Source: Deltaproteobacteria bacterium
Lineage (GTDB): Bacteria > Desulfobacterota > Syntrophobacteria > BM002
Length of the DNA: 61,501 nt
Reading direction: 5' to 3'
NCBI GenBank assembly: GCA_022340745.1
Contig: JAJDNL010000197.1
Location: 1-61,501 of the forward strand
Position numbers and translations under genes: made by a program. Below, one piece after another: positions 1-9,712 of this stretch (the stretch's first letter is position 1; each line of letters begins with the position of its first letter). The notes beneath the pieces are model-generated. The model was not told the DNA's origin, made no database searches, and saw only the letters and a program-made list of their open reading frames with translations.

Positions 1-182
1 GTCATTACGCTCCGCTGTCATTATGCCTTGGGCGTCATTTAAGGTCATTAAGTCAATACATTAAGCTGTCATCCATAGTTAATTGTAATTGTGCCATTGA
101 TACAACTTAATGACGGCTATAAGGCCTAATGACGGGCGCAGCCCGAGTGACAACGGAGCGCCCAAGCGCGAAGTGTAATGAC
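1..182. repeat. GTCATTA/TAATGAC clustered-motif palindromic element, copy 1 (may be truncated by the window edge)
   Basis: The left arm has GTCATT at 1, 17, 34 and 44. The right arm has TAATGAC at 108-114, 127-133 and 176-182. The arms are near-identical to 36741-36924 and the centre is divergent. Confidence 0.8.
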
Positions 183-230
183 TGCGCTTTCCCGTTTACA
201 GAATCTGTGATTTTTTGGGAGAAAGACACG

Positions 231-1145
231 GTGTCGCTACGAAACTTTGCAATACTGCTCGTACTCAGCCTCATCTGGGGTGCTTCCTTTCTTTTTATTA
301 AAGTGGCCGTGGCTACCATTCCCCCTTTGTCCGTGGCTTTCGGACGTACAAGCCTGGCCGCGGTAGTGCTCTATTTGGTTTTGCGCTCACGGGGCTTCAG
401 AATGCCGGGACGGAGTCCTGTCTGGGGAACATTTCTGCTCATGGGGTTCTTCAACGGTGCTGTGCCTTACACCCTCATAACCTGGGCCGAGATTCACCTG
501 GACTCTGGTTTGGCCGCGATTATCAATGCGGTCATGCCACTGTTCACCGTTCTTCTGGCCCACTTCTTCACCCGGGATGAACGACTCAACATTGTGAAAA
601 TCGCGGGTATTTTCTTGGGGTTTTGCGGCGTTGTGGCACTCATTGGCCCTGCGGCTTTGAAAGGGTTGGGCAAGGATGTACTGGCTCAGTTGGCGGTCAT
701 GGCCGCAGCCTTGTGTTATGCCATTGCGATAATTTTGGGGCGACGATTGCAAGGGGTTACGCCTCTGGTGTCCGCCACCGGCCAACTATGTTGCGCTGCT
801 TTTCTCACCCTACCCATGATTCTCGTCTTTGATGCTCCCTGGTCGCTGTCACCGTCATTTATCTCGCTTGCGGCGTTGACCTGCCTTTCCCTCCTGGGGA
901 CAGCTCTGGCTTATCTCCTCTATTATTATCTGCTGCCGCGCATCGGTTCCACTAATCTCAGCCTGGTAACCTATTTGATTCCCATAACCGGGGTCTTTTG
1001 GGGTGCGTTGCTGTTGGGCGAGAGACTCCACTGGAGCGCTTTTCTGGCACTGGGCCTGATCCTTGCCGGGATTGCCGGGGTGAACAATCGCTTGCCGAAA
1101 TTGGCATTCACCAGGAAGATAGGGGTTGAGACCACAGCCAAATGA
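231..1145 (+). CDS. EamA/DMT-family permease
   Basis: ORF 129-1145 is highly hydrophobic with about 10 TM segments and an LIWGASFLFIKV EamA-like motif. The ATG at 129 lies inside the TAATGAC repeat, so the in-frame GTG at 231, preceded by GGGAGA, is preferred. Confidence 0.75.
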   Translation: MSLRNFAILLVLSLIWGASFLFIKVAVATIPPLSVAFGRTSLAAVVLYLVLRSRGFRMPGRSPVWGTFLLMGFFNGAVPYTLITWAEIHLDSGLAAIINAVMPLFTVLLAHFFTRDERLNIVKIAGIFLGFCGVVALIGPAALKGLGKDVLAQLAVMAAALCYAIAIILGRRLQGVTPLVSATGQLCCAAFLTLPMILVFDAPWSLSPSFISLAALTCLSLLGTALAYLLYYYLLPRIGSTNLSLVTYLIPITGVFWGALLLGERLHWSAFLALGLILAGIAGVNNRLPKLAFTRKIGVETTAK

Positions 1146-1231
1146 CACGCCAGGTCAAAGTTAGATGGTTTTGCCGGTAAAAATGGCGAGTTGTTGTAAA
1201 GTACTGCAGCATTGAGGTTGCAGTGTGTATG

Positions 1232-1256
1232 TTTCTTTTTCCTGACACCTGACACC
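1232..1256. repeat. Half copy (right arm only) of the GGTTTCAG/CCTGACACC element
   Basis: The sequence TTTCTTTTTCCTGACACCTGACACC matches the right arms at 34297-, 50229- and 58257-. Confidence 0.6.
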
Positions 1257-1501
1257 TTTCCCCCCAACCTTGGCTTCCTTGCTCTGTCGCTCAGGAGATT
1301 GACTTTTTTGCAATCAAGCCGAATTTTAGGCATAGCTCATGCACTCGCAGAGTGTTGAAAAGTGACGTATAATCCAGTTGGCAATCTTGACGACTCATCA
1401 GGAGAGACGTGATACTATCTTGGTAGCGTTTTCTTGTTGTGGCTATTTCTCGGGCGAAGATAAGTATGGCAAATAACCAAGCAAAAAGGAACATAACAAT
1501 C

Positions 1502-2062
1502 ATGAATGAAGAAGAACCCAGTAAGAAGAAGAGTGGTAGTTTGGTTATTCGTCAAATGGAGATTGACGACCTGGCGGATGTATTTCACCTGGGCGAGAAA
1601 CTCTTCACCGCCCGCGAGGTGCCGAATCTCTATCGGACCTGGGACGAGTATGAGGTAATAAGTCTGTTTCAGAGTGAGTCTGAGTTTTGCCTGGTGGCAG
1701 AGCTTGACGGCGAGATTGTGGGCTTCGTCCTCGGCACCACCATAGAAAAGACCCAGTCCGCCTGGAAGTACGGCCAGCTTGTCTGGCTGGGCACCGAACC
1801 CGAACTGCAGAGAAAAGGAATTGCGCAGAAACTCTTCAAACATTTCCGCGATCTCATGCTGGAGGACGGTGTCCGTATGCTGCTTACGGACACTGAGGCG
1901 GACAACCTTCCTGCGCTTCATTTTTTCAGGAAATTGGGATTCGGGCATCCCCAACAACACATCTACTTGACTCTTAACCTCTCCGACCAACTGAAGGAGC
2001 TTAAGGGTAAGAAAGAAAACCAGCGGTCCCAGCCCCGCCGTTTGCGCAGTAAAGATGAATAA
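1502..2062 (+). CDS. GNAT-family N-acetyltransferase
   Basis: An acetyl-CoA motif A-like segment is present (VWLGTEPELQRKGIAQKLF). The start was chosen at the ATG at 1502 with an upstream AAGGAA; ATGs at 1439 and 1466 are also possible. Confidence 0.8.
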   Translation: MNEEEPSKKKSGSLVIRQMEIDDLADVFHLGEKLFTAREVPNLYRTWDEYEVISLFQSESEFCLVAELDGEIVGFVLGTTIEKTQSAWKYGQLVWLGTEPELQRKGIAQKLFKHFRDLMLEDGVRMLLTDTEADNLPALHFFRKLGFGHPQQHIYLTLNLSDQLKELKGKKENQRSQPRRLRSKDE

Positions 2063-3161
2063 CCAAGATACCGCCATAGATCCAGAGCGTTTGCGCCGGC
2101 TTTTACGCCACCTCATGGACATCTACAGTCCTTCGGGCAAGGAAGAGGAGATCCTGGCCTACCTGTACGGCCATGCCAAAAGGAAAGGTCTACCGGTCAT
2201 CCGCCAAGAAGTGGACGACAGCCGCTACAACTTGATCGTAATTCCACCGGATACAGATGCCCGTGTCGCCCTTATTGGCCATCTGGATACGGTGGTTGCC
2301 TATGATCTGGAGAACTACGGTTATGAACAACAGGATGATCTCATCATCGGCTTGGGCGCAGCAGATATGAAATCCGGTTGTGCCGCAATGATAGAGGCGT
2401 ATTTGAGTTTGTGGGAAGCTGGACACCGGCAACTCCCGGTGGCCCTGGTTATGGTGGTGGGAGAAGAAGAAGAGGGAGACGGCGCTGAGCGCTTGCTGGA
2501 GGAATATCATTTCCCCTGGGCCATCATAGCAGAGCCCACAGACCTTTGCCCATGTCTCAGTTGCTACGGCTACATGGAAGTCCAACTGAGTGCCAAGGGT
2601 AGGAGAGTGCATGCCTCCCTGGCCAGTCGGGATCAGAATCCCATCGAGACCATGCTCGGCTTACTTCTTCACATTTCCCACTACATGGTAAATGATCGGC
2701 CGGAAGGCATCTACAATATCCGAAATCTCTTGAGCACGCAGGCGGGTTTTGCCGTTCCTGACTGGTGTGAGGCCTGGCTGGATGTTCACCTGCCACCCCA
2801 CGCTCCCATCGGTGATATTTCCCTGGAGCTGGAAGAGATTGTGGACGGCGTCCAGAAAGAGAGTCCCCAGGTTGATACCAACATCCGCCTTGCCACCATC
2901 GAAGCAGGTTATGAACTGCCGGAAAGAGGCACAGTGGTTGAGGCCCTGCAGGCTACCTACTCCCGCCACTCTCTTGCCTGGGAACCTCGGTCCTTCCCCA
3001 GCCATTCCGACGCCAATCAGCTCTGGGCTTCCGGCGTCAAGCCCATTCTCCTCGGACCTGGTCAACTGGAGAAGGCCCACGCCCCAGAGGAGTCGATCTC
3101 TTTTCAGCAGGTAGTGGACGCTACCAAGCTTTATCGAGATCTGATTATCTCTCTGTTGTAG
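2055..3161 (+). CDS. M20-family metallohydrolase (ArgE/DapE-like deacylase)
   Basis: It has GHLDTV and GAADMKSG motifs and an acidic metal-binding EEEG segment. The start overlaps the GNAT stop (ATGAATAA). Confidence 0.8.
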   Translation: MNNQDTAIDPERLRRLLRHLMDIYSPSGKEEEILAYLYGHAKRKGLPVIRQEVDDSRYNLIVIPPDTDARVALIGHLDTVVAYDLENYGYEQQDDLIIGLGAADMKSGCAAMIEAYLSLWEAGHRQLPVALVMVVGEEEEGDGAERLLEEYHFPWAIIAEPTDLCPCLSCYGYMEVQLSAKGRRVHASLASRDQNPIETMLGLLLHISHYMVNDRPEGIYNIRNLLSTQAGFAVPDWCEAWLDVHLPPHAPIGDISLELEEIVDGVQKESPQVDTNIRLATIEAGYELPERGTVVEALQATYSRHSLAWEPRSFPSHSDANQLWASGVKPILLGPGQLEKAHAPEESISFQQVVDATKLYRDLIISLL

Positions 3162-3275
3162 AAGGGAACAAGACCTGACCCCTTATTGAATTGCCAATCA
3201 GGTTAGCATTACCTGTTAACCAAGTTTGCACTCTCTAACTAGTCTAAATTCCATGTATTTTCCTTCCTCATCCGA

Positions 3276-3302
3276 GAAATTGCCAACGTAGTTGGCAATT
3301 TC
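3276..3302. promoter_or_regulatory. Perfect 12-bp inverted repeat GAAATTGCCAAC-GTA-GTTGGCAATTTC; a third AATTGCCAA copy lies at 3190
   Basis: The palindrome was read directly. Its right arm overlaps TGGCAA-N5-TCGCA (3293-3308), which resembles the sigma-54 -24/-12 consensus TGGCAC-N5-TTGCA with two mismatches. Confidence 0.3.
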
Positions 3303-3485
3303 TTCGCAAATGGCCTCGGGGATCCCTCTACAGTGCATACTGTATGAGCAAAAAATATCCCACTATATCAATGACTTAATTTGGTTGAGAAAATCACAAT
3401 TAGTGGTCTGCGACATGGCATGCAAGTTGCTCTTAAGCACTACCAACAAACAGAGCCCCTGTAATAAATGCAAGGAGAAACCAAA

Positions 3486-3686
3486 ATGAAAACTGACCCA
3501 CAGACTAAGTGCAGCAGTTGTGGAGCCCGCTATTCCTTCGTGGCACTGGGCAGGAGAGAGTATTTTATTCCTTGGGGGTCACATTGTCTCTGTGATAAGT
3601 GCCATAGGTTCTCTATCATGGAAGCATTTAAAACTGGGCTAAAACGGCCGTTTGAACCTCTCAAACGATATGGTGATATTCGCTAA
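3486..3686 (+). CDS. Small Cys-rich protein (CxxC...CxCxxC, zinc-ribbon-like), function unknown
   Basis: An AAGGAG sits 8 nt upstream of the ATG at 3486. The Cys motifs are CSSCG and CLCDKCH. Confidence 0.4.
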   Translation: MKTDPQTKCSSCGARYSFVALGRREYFIPWGSHCLCDKCHRFSIMEAFKTGLKRPFEPLKRYGDIR

Positions 3687-3737
3687 ATCATTCTATGTGG
3701 TCTTTTGGCAGCCTTGAAAAAACATTGACCAGAAAGG

Positions 3738-4037
3738 GTGATGAAAATGAGAAAATGGCCCAAGACTGAGTCTGAAGATCTAGGCTTTGTGCTGAAGTAC
3801 TGCTTGGCGAGCACATACCCCGCAAGCGATGATCGCTGTTGCTATGTAAAAGCTAAAATACTGGCCAAGTCTTCCGAGATCTCTATAGGCAGGAGCGACT
3901 TCAAAGAAGTGGATGGAATCTTTCTTTGTCGATACCCGGACGAAAAAATGCCTACACACGAAGCACACTTAACTTCAGAGCTAGACCAATGTCCCAACCC
4001 AGAGAGAAGAAAGATGATCGATGCGTTGGCTGTCTGA
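3738..4037 (+). CDS. Hypothetical protein
   Basis: This is an open frame with an upstream AAAGGG and no recognisable motif. The start is ambiguous (GTG 3738, ATG 3741 or ATG 3747). Confidence 0.3.
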   Translation: MMKMRKWPKTESEDLGFVLKYCLASTYPASDDRCCYVKAKILAKSSEISIGRSDFKEVDGIFLCRYPDEKMPTHEAHLTSELDQCPNPERRKMIDALAV

Positions 4038-4126
4038 CAAGCCTCTCTCATTGGGATTTGATCATTATCTTCTCCACTGTCACGCCTTACATCCAAAAAG
4101 TCGGGTTAAGGAGTACTGGGAGTAAA

Positions 4127-4408
4127 ATGCAAGAGGAGAGAAGGAAATTCATTAGACATCTGCTTGAATGCTCTGTCACGGTGGTAACCCCTCAAGGTAC
4201 TATGTCAGGACAAGCAAGAAACCTTAGTGGAGATGGCGCTCTAATTTGTTGTAAGCAGCCGCCAAAACCAAGGGAAAGCATGAGTTTGACTATCAAATTT
4301 TCTGATGGATTCTCTTTGGAAGTGCCTTCTGAAGTTGTGTGGTCCTATAAGACTAATGCTGGTGATGAGAAGAGCTTGTACAAGATGGATGTTCGCTTTC
4401 TCAGATGA
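4127..4408 (+). CDS. PilZ-domain protein (putative c-di-GMP receptor)
   Basis: RRKFIR (RxxxR) is followed about 25 aa later by NLSGDG (D/NxSxxG). The ATG at 4127 has an upstream AAGGAG. The longer ORF from 3926 overlaps the previous gene. Confidence 0.65.
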   Translation: MQEERRKFIRHLLECSVTVVTPQGTMSGQARNLSGDGALICCKQPPKPRESMSLTIKFSDGFSLEVPSEVVWSYKTNAGDEKSLYKMDVRFLR

Positions 4409-4580
4409 GAACAATGGGGTGAGCAGTCCAACTGTGGCTAAAGTATGCTCGCCTGCAAAGCCGCATAACGAGTATTTCCTTTCGACAAAGCTTCATGGCT
4501 TCCCTGCTCAATGATCCGTCCCAACTGGGAATGGACCTGTTAATAGCACTGTCGCTTTTAAAGAAGTAAAAATCTGCCTT

Positions 4581-5993
4581 CTACAAATGAAACACCACCA
4601 TCTTGCGTTCGGTCATCTCCTCCACCGCATAGCGAGGACCCTCCTTGCCGAACCCGCTCTGTTTCAGTCCCCCGTACGGCATGAGATCCACCCGCCACTG
4701 CGGTCCCCAGTTGACCATGAGATTGCCGCTATGGACTTCACGAATGAACTTCATGGCCCAATCCAAATTGCGGGTAAAGATGCCAGCGCTCAGGCCATAT
4801 TTGGAGTCATTGGCCAGGGCAATAGCCTGGTCTATGTCGTTGAACCGAGTGGCTGCCACGGCCGGTCCGAAGAGTTCGTCGCAAGAAATCCTTTGTTTGG
4901 CATCCACGTCAGCGACCACGGTAGGGGAAACAAGGTTTCCGTGGCGGCTGCCGCCGGTAATCAGTCTGGCCCCGCTGCTGAGCGCCTCGTTGATCCACCC
5001 TTCCACCCGGATGGCATCAGGTTCCCTAATCATGGGCCCCATCTTGGTTTGCTCGTCCAGGGGATTGCCGGTGGCAATGGCCTCGACCTCTGGTCGGAGC
5101 ACCTCGAGGAAATCTTCGTAAACCTGATCATTGACCAGCACTCTCTGGGTTGAGATACATACCTGGCCGGCGAGGGCGTAGCCGGTGGCGGCCGTGGCCC
5201 GGGCAACCTGTTCAAGATCGGCATCCGGCATGATTATTAAGGGCGAGTTGGAGCCCAGCTCCATGGTGACTTTCTTGATGCCTGCAACCTGGCAGATTCT
5301 TTCGCCGACGCTGGGGCTTCCCGTAAAAGAGATTTTTCGGACCCGAGGATCTCCACACAGTTGCTCGCCTACTGAGCCGCCCGGTCCGGTAACGCACTGG
5401 ATGCCTTCAGGGGGCAGACCAGCCTCCAGGAGCAATTCAGTGAAGCGGAGAGCAGTGAGCGGGGTATCGGTGGGGGGCTTGGCGATCACCGCGTTGCCGG
5501 CGGCCAAGGCAGGTCCGACCTTGTGGCAAAGGAGATTTAGGGGAAAGTTGAACGGGCTGATGGCAACCACCACGCCGCAGGGCACCCTGAGGGTGAAGCC
5601 AAGCTTTCCCTGTCCCCCTGAGGCCGCATCAAGCGGGATGGTCTCGCCGCGGATTCTTTTTGCCTCTTCAGCAGATAGTTCTATGGTTTCTGCAGCCCGG
5701 ACCACCTCGAATCTGGATTCCCACAGGGCTTTGCCCGATTCCTTGGAGATAAGACGAGCACAGTCTTCCTGGTTCTGCCTGAGCAGGGCGGCGGTCTTGG
5801 TGAGGATGCTGTAACGTTCATAGGCAGGCAGTTCGGCCATAAGCCGCGCGCCTCTGGTGGCGCTCTCAAGTGCCTGGTCCACCTCCTTGGGGCTAGCATG
5901 AGGTACCGTATCCACCACGCTGCCATCGAAAGGGTTGAGCACCTCGATGGTAGCTTGGGCTTCAATCCATTGTCCGGCAATGTACATCCGCAT
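4581..5993 (-). CDS. NAD(P)+-dependent aldehyde dehydrogenase
   Basis: The product is 470 aa with the ALDH signatures FTGS, MELGSNSP and the catalytic-Cys context GQVCIS. Confidence 0.9.
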   Translation of the reverse strand: MRMYIAGQWIEAQATIEVLNPFDGSVVDTVPHASPKEVDQALESATRGARLMAELPAYERYSILTKTAALLRQNQEDCARLISKESGKALWESRFEVVRAAETIELSAEEAKRIRGETIPLDAASGGQGKLGFTLRVPCGVVVAISPFNFPLNLLCHKVGPALAAGNAVIAKPPTDTPLTALRFTELLLEAGLPPEGIQCVTGPGGSVGEQLCGDPRVRKISFTGSPSVGERICQVAGIKKVTMELGSNSPLIIMPDADLEQVARATAATGYALAGQVCISTQRVLVNDQVYEDFLEVLRPEVEAIATGNPLDEQTKMGPMIREPDAIRVEGWINEALSSGARLITGGSRHGNLVSPTVVADVDAKQRISCDELFGPAVAATRFNDIDQAIALANDSKYGLSAGIFTRNLDWAMKFIREVHSGNLMVNWGPQWRVDLMPYGGLKQSGFGKEGPRYAVEEMTERKMVVFHL

Positions 5994-6048
5994 TGGTCAG
6001 ACTTCCCTACTTACCCAAATGTTGGATAGCCACTGTGGGTCTGCAATA

Positions 6049-6657
6049 TTAGGGTGGACCCAGTTTTCTTATTTCTTCGACGATTTCCCGGCTGAGGGTG
6101 GTTAGAGCGTCGCTCTGGGCCGCAACCAAACCGTCGTAGTCATCGGTCAGTACTGGTTCTTCAATGAGAGTTTTTCGCACCACCAGTTCCTTTGCCTCCT
6201 GTTGGCCCACCAGCGACCAGATGACGCGAAGAAAAACCTGCTTACCCACCTGGCCGTCAAACTGCTCAACATTCACCTTGATCTGATAGGTGGGAGAGAA
6301 CGTATCCCCCCAGGGATAGACAGCCACTCGATCCGTCGGCAGAAGAGCGGAAATGTTTTTTGCCAAGACTCGGGAGAAATCTCCTGGCAATGATGCGGCC
6401 CACCGATGGAACTCGGAAATCTCCAGCTGATTTTGGCTTTTTCTGGTGACGATCTGCGGCCTGTCGAGATACGCCGGAAGCTCCACCGGTCCGACACCTA
6501 TGGCGATGTCCATACCGAGGAGCGCAGCAGGATTTTCCTGCTGACCGCTTGGCAAGGAACTCAGCTTATAAAACTGGGTGGTAGGGGTGCTGCCGCAACC
6601 GGCAAGTAAAAAGGCGACAAACAAGAATGGCCAACCCCAGGATAGTCTATTTCTCAT
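6049..6657 (-). CDS. pqiC: PqiC/YmbA-like ABC-type transport auxiliary lipoprotein
   Basis: It has a lipobox (LLAGCGS) and sits immediately downstream of pqiB with an 11-nt overlap. Confidence 0.7.
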   Translation of the reverse strand: MRNRLSWGWPFLFVAFLLAGCGSTPTTQFYKLSSLPSGQQENPAALLGMDIAIGVGPVELPAYLDRPQIVTRKSQNQLEISEFHRWAASLPGDFSRVLAKNISALLPTDRVAVYPWGDTFSPTYQIKVNVEQFDGQVGKQVFLRVIWSLVGQQEAKELVVRKTLIEEPVLTDDYDGLVAAQSDALTTLSREIVEEIRKLGPP

Positions 6658-8272
6658 TGCCCTTTTCCTTTCCGAAAACCAGGGAATCCGGATGCCGTTC
6701 TAGGTAATCCGCCAGGATGCTGATATTGCGCGCCGCATCCGCAAGCTCTCCCAGGGCCCGCTTCAATTCGTGACCGGTGGGGGACTCTGCATTCAGCAGC
6801 CTGTCCACCTTGATCAGTGTCTTCTGAGTCTGCTCTAAAGTGGCGTTGGCTGCAGGCACAACACTGGCATCGAGATTCTGCACCAGCTTCTGCAAATCTT
6901 CGGTGACCTTATTCAGGTGCGCCATGGTGTCCCGCAGATCGTTGCCAATCTGCTCCAGAGGGATCTTCTCGAATTTATCGATGATTTTGCTTACATTTCT
7001 GGTTATCTCTTCCAGAGGTGTTGGTATGGTGGGCAGCTCCGCATAGGGCTCGCCCCAGACGATTTTCGCGGGAGTTGCGTCGGGGTACATGTCCAGGGCA
7101 ACGTAAAGTTGTCCGGTAATAAGACTACCCTGTTTAAGCTGGGCCCTGAGACCTTTTTCCACCAGAAACTCCATGCCCTCCCGCCGGTCCATCGTTTTCT
7201 TGCCGACCCAGTCAATCTTCTCCGGTTCCAACTCAATTAAAACCGGGATGTGAAAAGCCCGCTTTTTCCAATCGAATTCCAGGTTGATGTCTGTGACCCT
7301 GCCGATTTCAATGCCCCTAAAATCCACCGGCGCCCCAACAGTTAGACCCCTGACCGAACCTTCGAAATGCAACAGCCACGGCCTCTTTTCCACATAGGCC
7401 GCCTCAAGGCTCTTCTCACGGCTGTCGTAGAGGCGAAAGGTCTGATTTTCTGGAGCGGGACTGCCAGGCTCGAGATTCGTCGGGGTATCGAAGGCAATCC
7501 CCCCGACCAACAGGGCGACAAAAGACTCGGTGTTGACCTTGATACCGCCGGCATCAACAGACACATCCAGCCCCGAGGCATTCCAGAAGCGGGTATTTCG
7601 GCGAACGGCCTCATGATGGGGGGCATCGATAAAGATCTTGATATCCACAGCCGCACCGCCTTCTTCAAGTTCGTAGGCCACAACCTGTCCCACCTTGATC
7701 TGCCGGTAATAGACCGGGGAGCCGATGTCCAGGGAGCCGAGTGTCTCCGCTTTCAGCGTGAAATGGGCACCCGGGAGCCCCGTGGTTATGACGGGCGGTA
7801 CCTCCAGCCCTTTAAAAGAGAGAGTCCGCTTGCCGGGTTTTCCTGGTTCAATACCAATATAAGCGCCGGAAAAGATCGTTCCCAAACCGGATACCCCGCC
7901 GGCAGCCACCCGGGCCCGGACCACCCAAAACCGCGTGCTCTCGGTAAGATATGGTTCAGCTCCCTTGGTCATCTCCGCGGTGACGATGACGTGGGAGAGG
8001 CCTCTAGCGAGAGTGATGGATTCAACCTGTCCGACCTCAACGTCCTTGTATCTGATCTTGGTCTTGCCGGCCTCCAGCCCTTCGGCGGTGTCGAAGGCTA
8101 TGGTGATCGTGGGCCCTTTCTCGGATACGGCCTTGTATACCAGCCACCCACCTATGAGTACCGCCACCAGAGGGACGAGCCAGACGATAGAGAAAGAGAA
8201 ACCTTTCCTGGTCTTGACTATCGCTTCAGGGGTGGACGAAGGATTTCCGCTGCCGCTATCTTGCTCATTCAT
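6647..8272 (-). CDS. pqiB: Intermembrane transport protein PqiB (multi-MCE domain)
   Basis: It has an N-terminal TM segment, repeated MCE-like segments and a C-terminal helical region. The start is set at MNEQ (8272), 8 nt overlapping the upstream gene. Confidence 0.85.
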   Translation of the reverse strand: MNEQDSGSGNPSSTPEAIVKTRKGFSFSIVWLVPLVAVLIGGWLVYKAVSEKGPTITIAFDTAEGLEAGKTKIRYKDVEVGQVESITLARGLSHVIVTAEMTKGAEPYLTESTRFWVVRARVAAGGVSGLGTIFSGAYIGIEPGKPGKRTLSFKGLEVPPVITTGLPGAHFTLKAETLGSLDIGSPVYYRQIKVGQVVAYELEEGGAAVDIKIFIDAPHHEAVRRNTRFWNASGLDVSVDAGGIKVNTESFVALLVGGIAFDTPTNLEPGSPAPENQTFRLYDSREKSLEAAYVEKRPWLLHFEGSVRGLTVGAPVDFRGIEIGRVTDINLEFDWKKRAFHIPVLIELEPEKIDWVGKKTMDRREGMEFLVEKGLRAQLKQGSLITGQLYVALDMYPDATPAKIVWGEPYAELPTIPTPLEEITRNVSKIIDKFEKIPLEQIGNDLRDTMAHLNKVTEDLQKLVQNLDASVVPAANATLEQTQKTLIKVDRLLNAESPTGHELKRALGELADAARNISILADYLERHPDSLVFGKEKGNEK

Positions 8273-8903
8273 GATTTGTCTCCATGGAATCCCAGATGAG
8301 CCTGGGATCAAAGCTCATGGCGGCAAATATGGTGGTCACCACCACCGCCGCAAAGTAAATTGCCCCAGGCCCGGCATCGATGGTTGCCAGGGCGCCCAGT
8401 TTTACCAGAGCCACAAGAATGGTAACCACAAAAATGTCCGTCATGGACCAACGGCCAATCGCTTCGGTTATGCGGTACAACCGGGTACGATCTTTTGGCC
8501 GCCATTGCCATTTACGCTGAACCGAAATAAGTAAAAAGGTGAGAATGAAAAGTTTCGCCAGGGGAACAAAAATGCTGGCAATAAAAATGACCAGGGCTAT
8601 GGGCCACATGCCGGTTTGGAGGAAGTAAATTACCCCGCTCATAATGGTGTCCGATTGGGCGTGGCCCAAAGAAGTAACCTTGGTTATGGGAAGAACGTTG
8701 GCGGGTATGTAGAAGATAAAGGCAGCGATAACCAGGGCCCAGGTTCTTGACAGGCTGCGGGGTTTGCGCTGGTGTAACACTGAGCCGCACCGGGGACAAA
8801 TCATCTCTCCCTTGCCATGAACCGCTGGGGCCTTGCTCACCAGATGGCAGCTGTGGCAGCTAACCAATGAGTTGTCTAGAGCTGTTGGGAATCCTTGCTT
8901 CAC
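8265..8903 (-). CDS. pqiA: PqiA-family membrane protein, second-half homologue
   Basis: It has a zinc-ribbon-like CHSCH...CPRCG followed by TM helices. The GTG start at 8903 overlaps the upstream TGA (GTGA). Confidence 0.75.
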   Translation of the reverse strand: MKQGFPTALDNSLVSCHSCHLVSKAPAVHGKGEMICPRCGSVLHQRKPRSLSRTWALVIAAFIFYIPANVLPITKVTSLGHAQSDTIMSGVIYFLQTGMWPIALVIFIASIFVPLAKLFILTFLLISVQRKWQWRPKDRTRLYRITEAIGRWSMTDIFVVTILVALVKLGALATIDAGPGAIYFAAVVVTTIFAAMSFDPRLIWDSMETNHE

Positions 8904-9505
8904 CTCTCTATCTCCAATCTGTCCCAAACAAGGTGCGGATCCAGGGATGCCGCCACTGCCGCCAAAACGAATATCAGTATAACAAAAGAATATAAAGCCA
9001 AACCAGGGATGATGCTTGCCATTTTGGCCAGTTTGACCGCGGAGACCAGGATGCCGATCATGAAAACTTCCATCATTGACCAGGGCTGGATAGTCCGGAT
9101 GAAGCGAAAGACCAAGGCGGGCTTCCACCAGGGCAGCCGCTTGAACTTAAGCGGCAGCAGCATGTAGAGTGTCCCGGCCAGCTGGAGGAAGGGGAATAAA
9201 ATGGAGGTAAGAAACACCAGAACAGCCACACTCCGCATGTCCTGCTTGTATAGTTGTTCTACCCCCGTTATCAAGGTAGTCTCGCGTACCAACCCTTCAC
9301 TCTTGAGCGCTAGAAAGGGGTAAATGTTGGCAACAGCAAATAAGATCAGCCCGGCAATGGCCCATGCTAAGGTGCGATCCAGGCTGTTTCGCTTGTGCCG
9401 CTGCAACACGGCGCCGCAGCGACTACATTTGGCTGCGCTTCCCTCCGGCAAAACCGGAAGTTTGTAGAGGAGGTCACACTCGTGGCAGGCTATGAGGGAG
9501 TTCAT
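8900..9505 (-). CDS. pqiA: PqiA-family membrane protein, first-half homologue
   Basis: It has CHECD...CSRCG followed by TM helices. The start is set at MNSLIACHEC (9505) after GGAG. Confidence 0.75.
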   Translation of the reverse strand: MNSLIACHECDLLYKLPVLPEGSAAKCSRCGAVLQRHKRNSLDRTLAWAIAGLILFAVANIYPFLALKSEGLVRETTLITGVEQLYKQDMRSVAVLVFLTSILFPFLQLAGTLYMLLPLKFKRLPWWKPALVFRFIRTIQPWSMMEVFMIGILVSAVKLAKMASIIPGLALYSFVILIFVLAAVAASLDPHLVWDRLEIER

Positions 9506-9712
9506 CCTCGATCTCCAACCTTCGTTAGCAATGGAGCTATCCCCACATCGGGCGCCCAAAACAATATCATGGGAGATGATCTTGCGGAAGTATGGATACA
9601 AAGAAGCTTGGTTTATTTGCCCTCTTTTTTGGCAATGTGACGTCGCAAAGGGCAGCATACCATATTTGTGCCTATGGTTGAAGCGCAGAACCGCAGGGAG
9701 ACTGTCTCACAA

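Noticed and set aside
129-230. N-terminal extension MTGAARVTTERPSAKCNDC... of the EamA transporter, and the similar MTGEALLTTKRICAKCNDL... at 36871-36951
   Set aside because: Both extensions are encoded by the right arm of the GTCATTA/TAATGAC repeat. Their similarity reflects the repeat, not a conserved protein domain.
1415-2122. 235-aa ORF on the reverse strand
   Set aside because: It is antisense to the GNAT gene, which has a clear acetyl-CoA-binding motif.
7367-8299. 310-aa ORF on the + strand
   Set aside because: It is antisense to pqiB (MCE-domain protein) and has no motifs. It is a shadow ORF.
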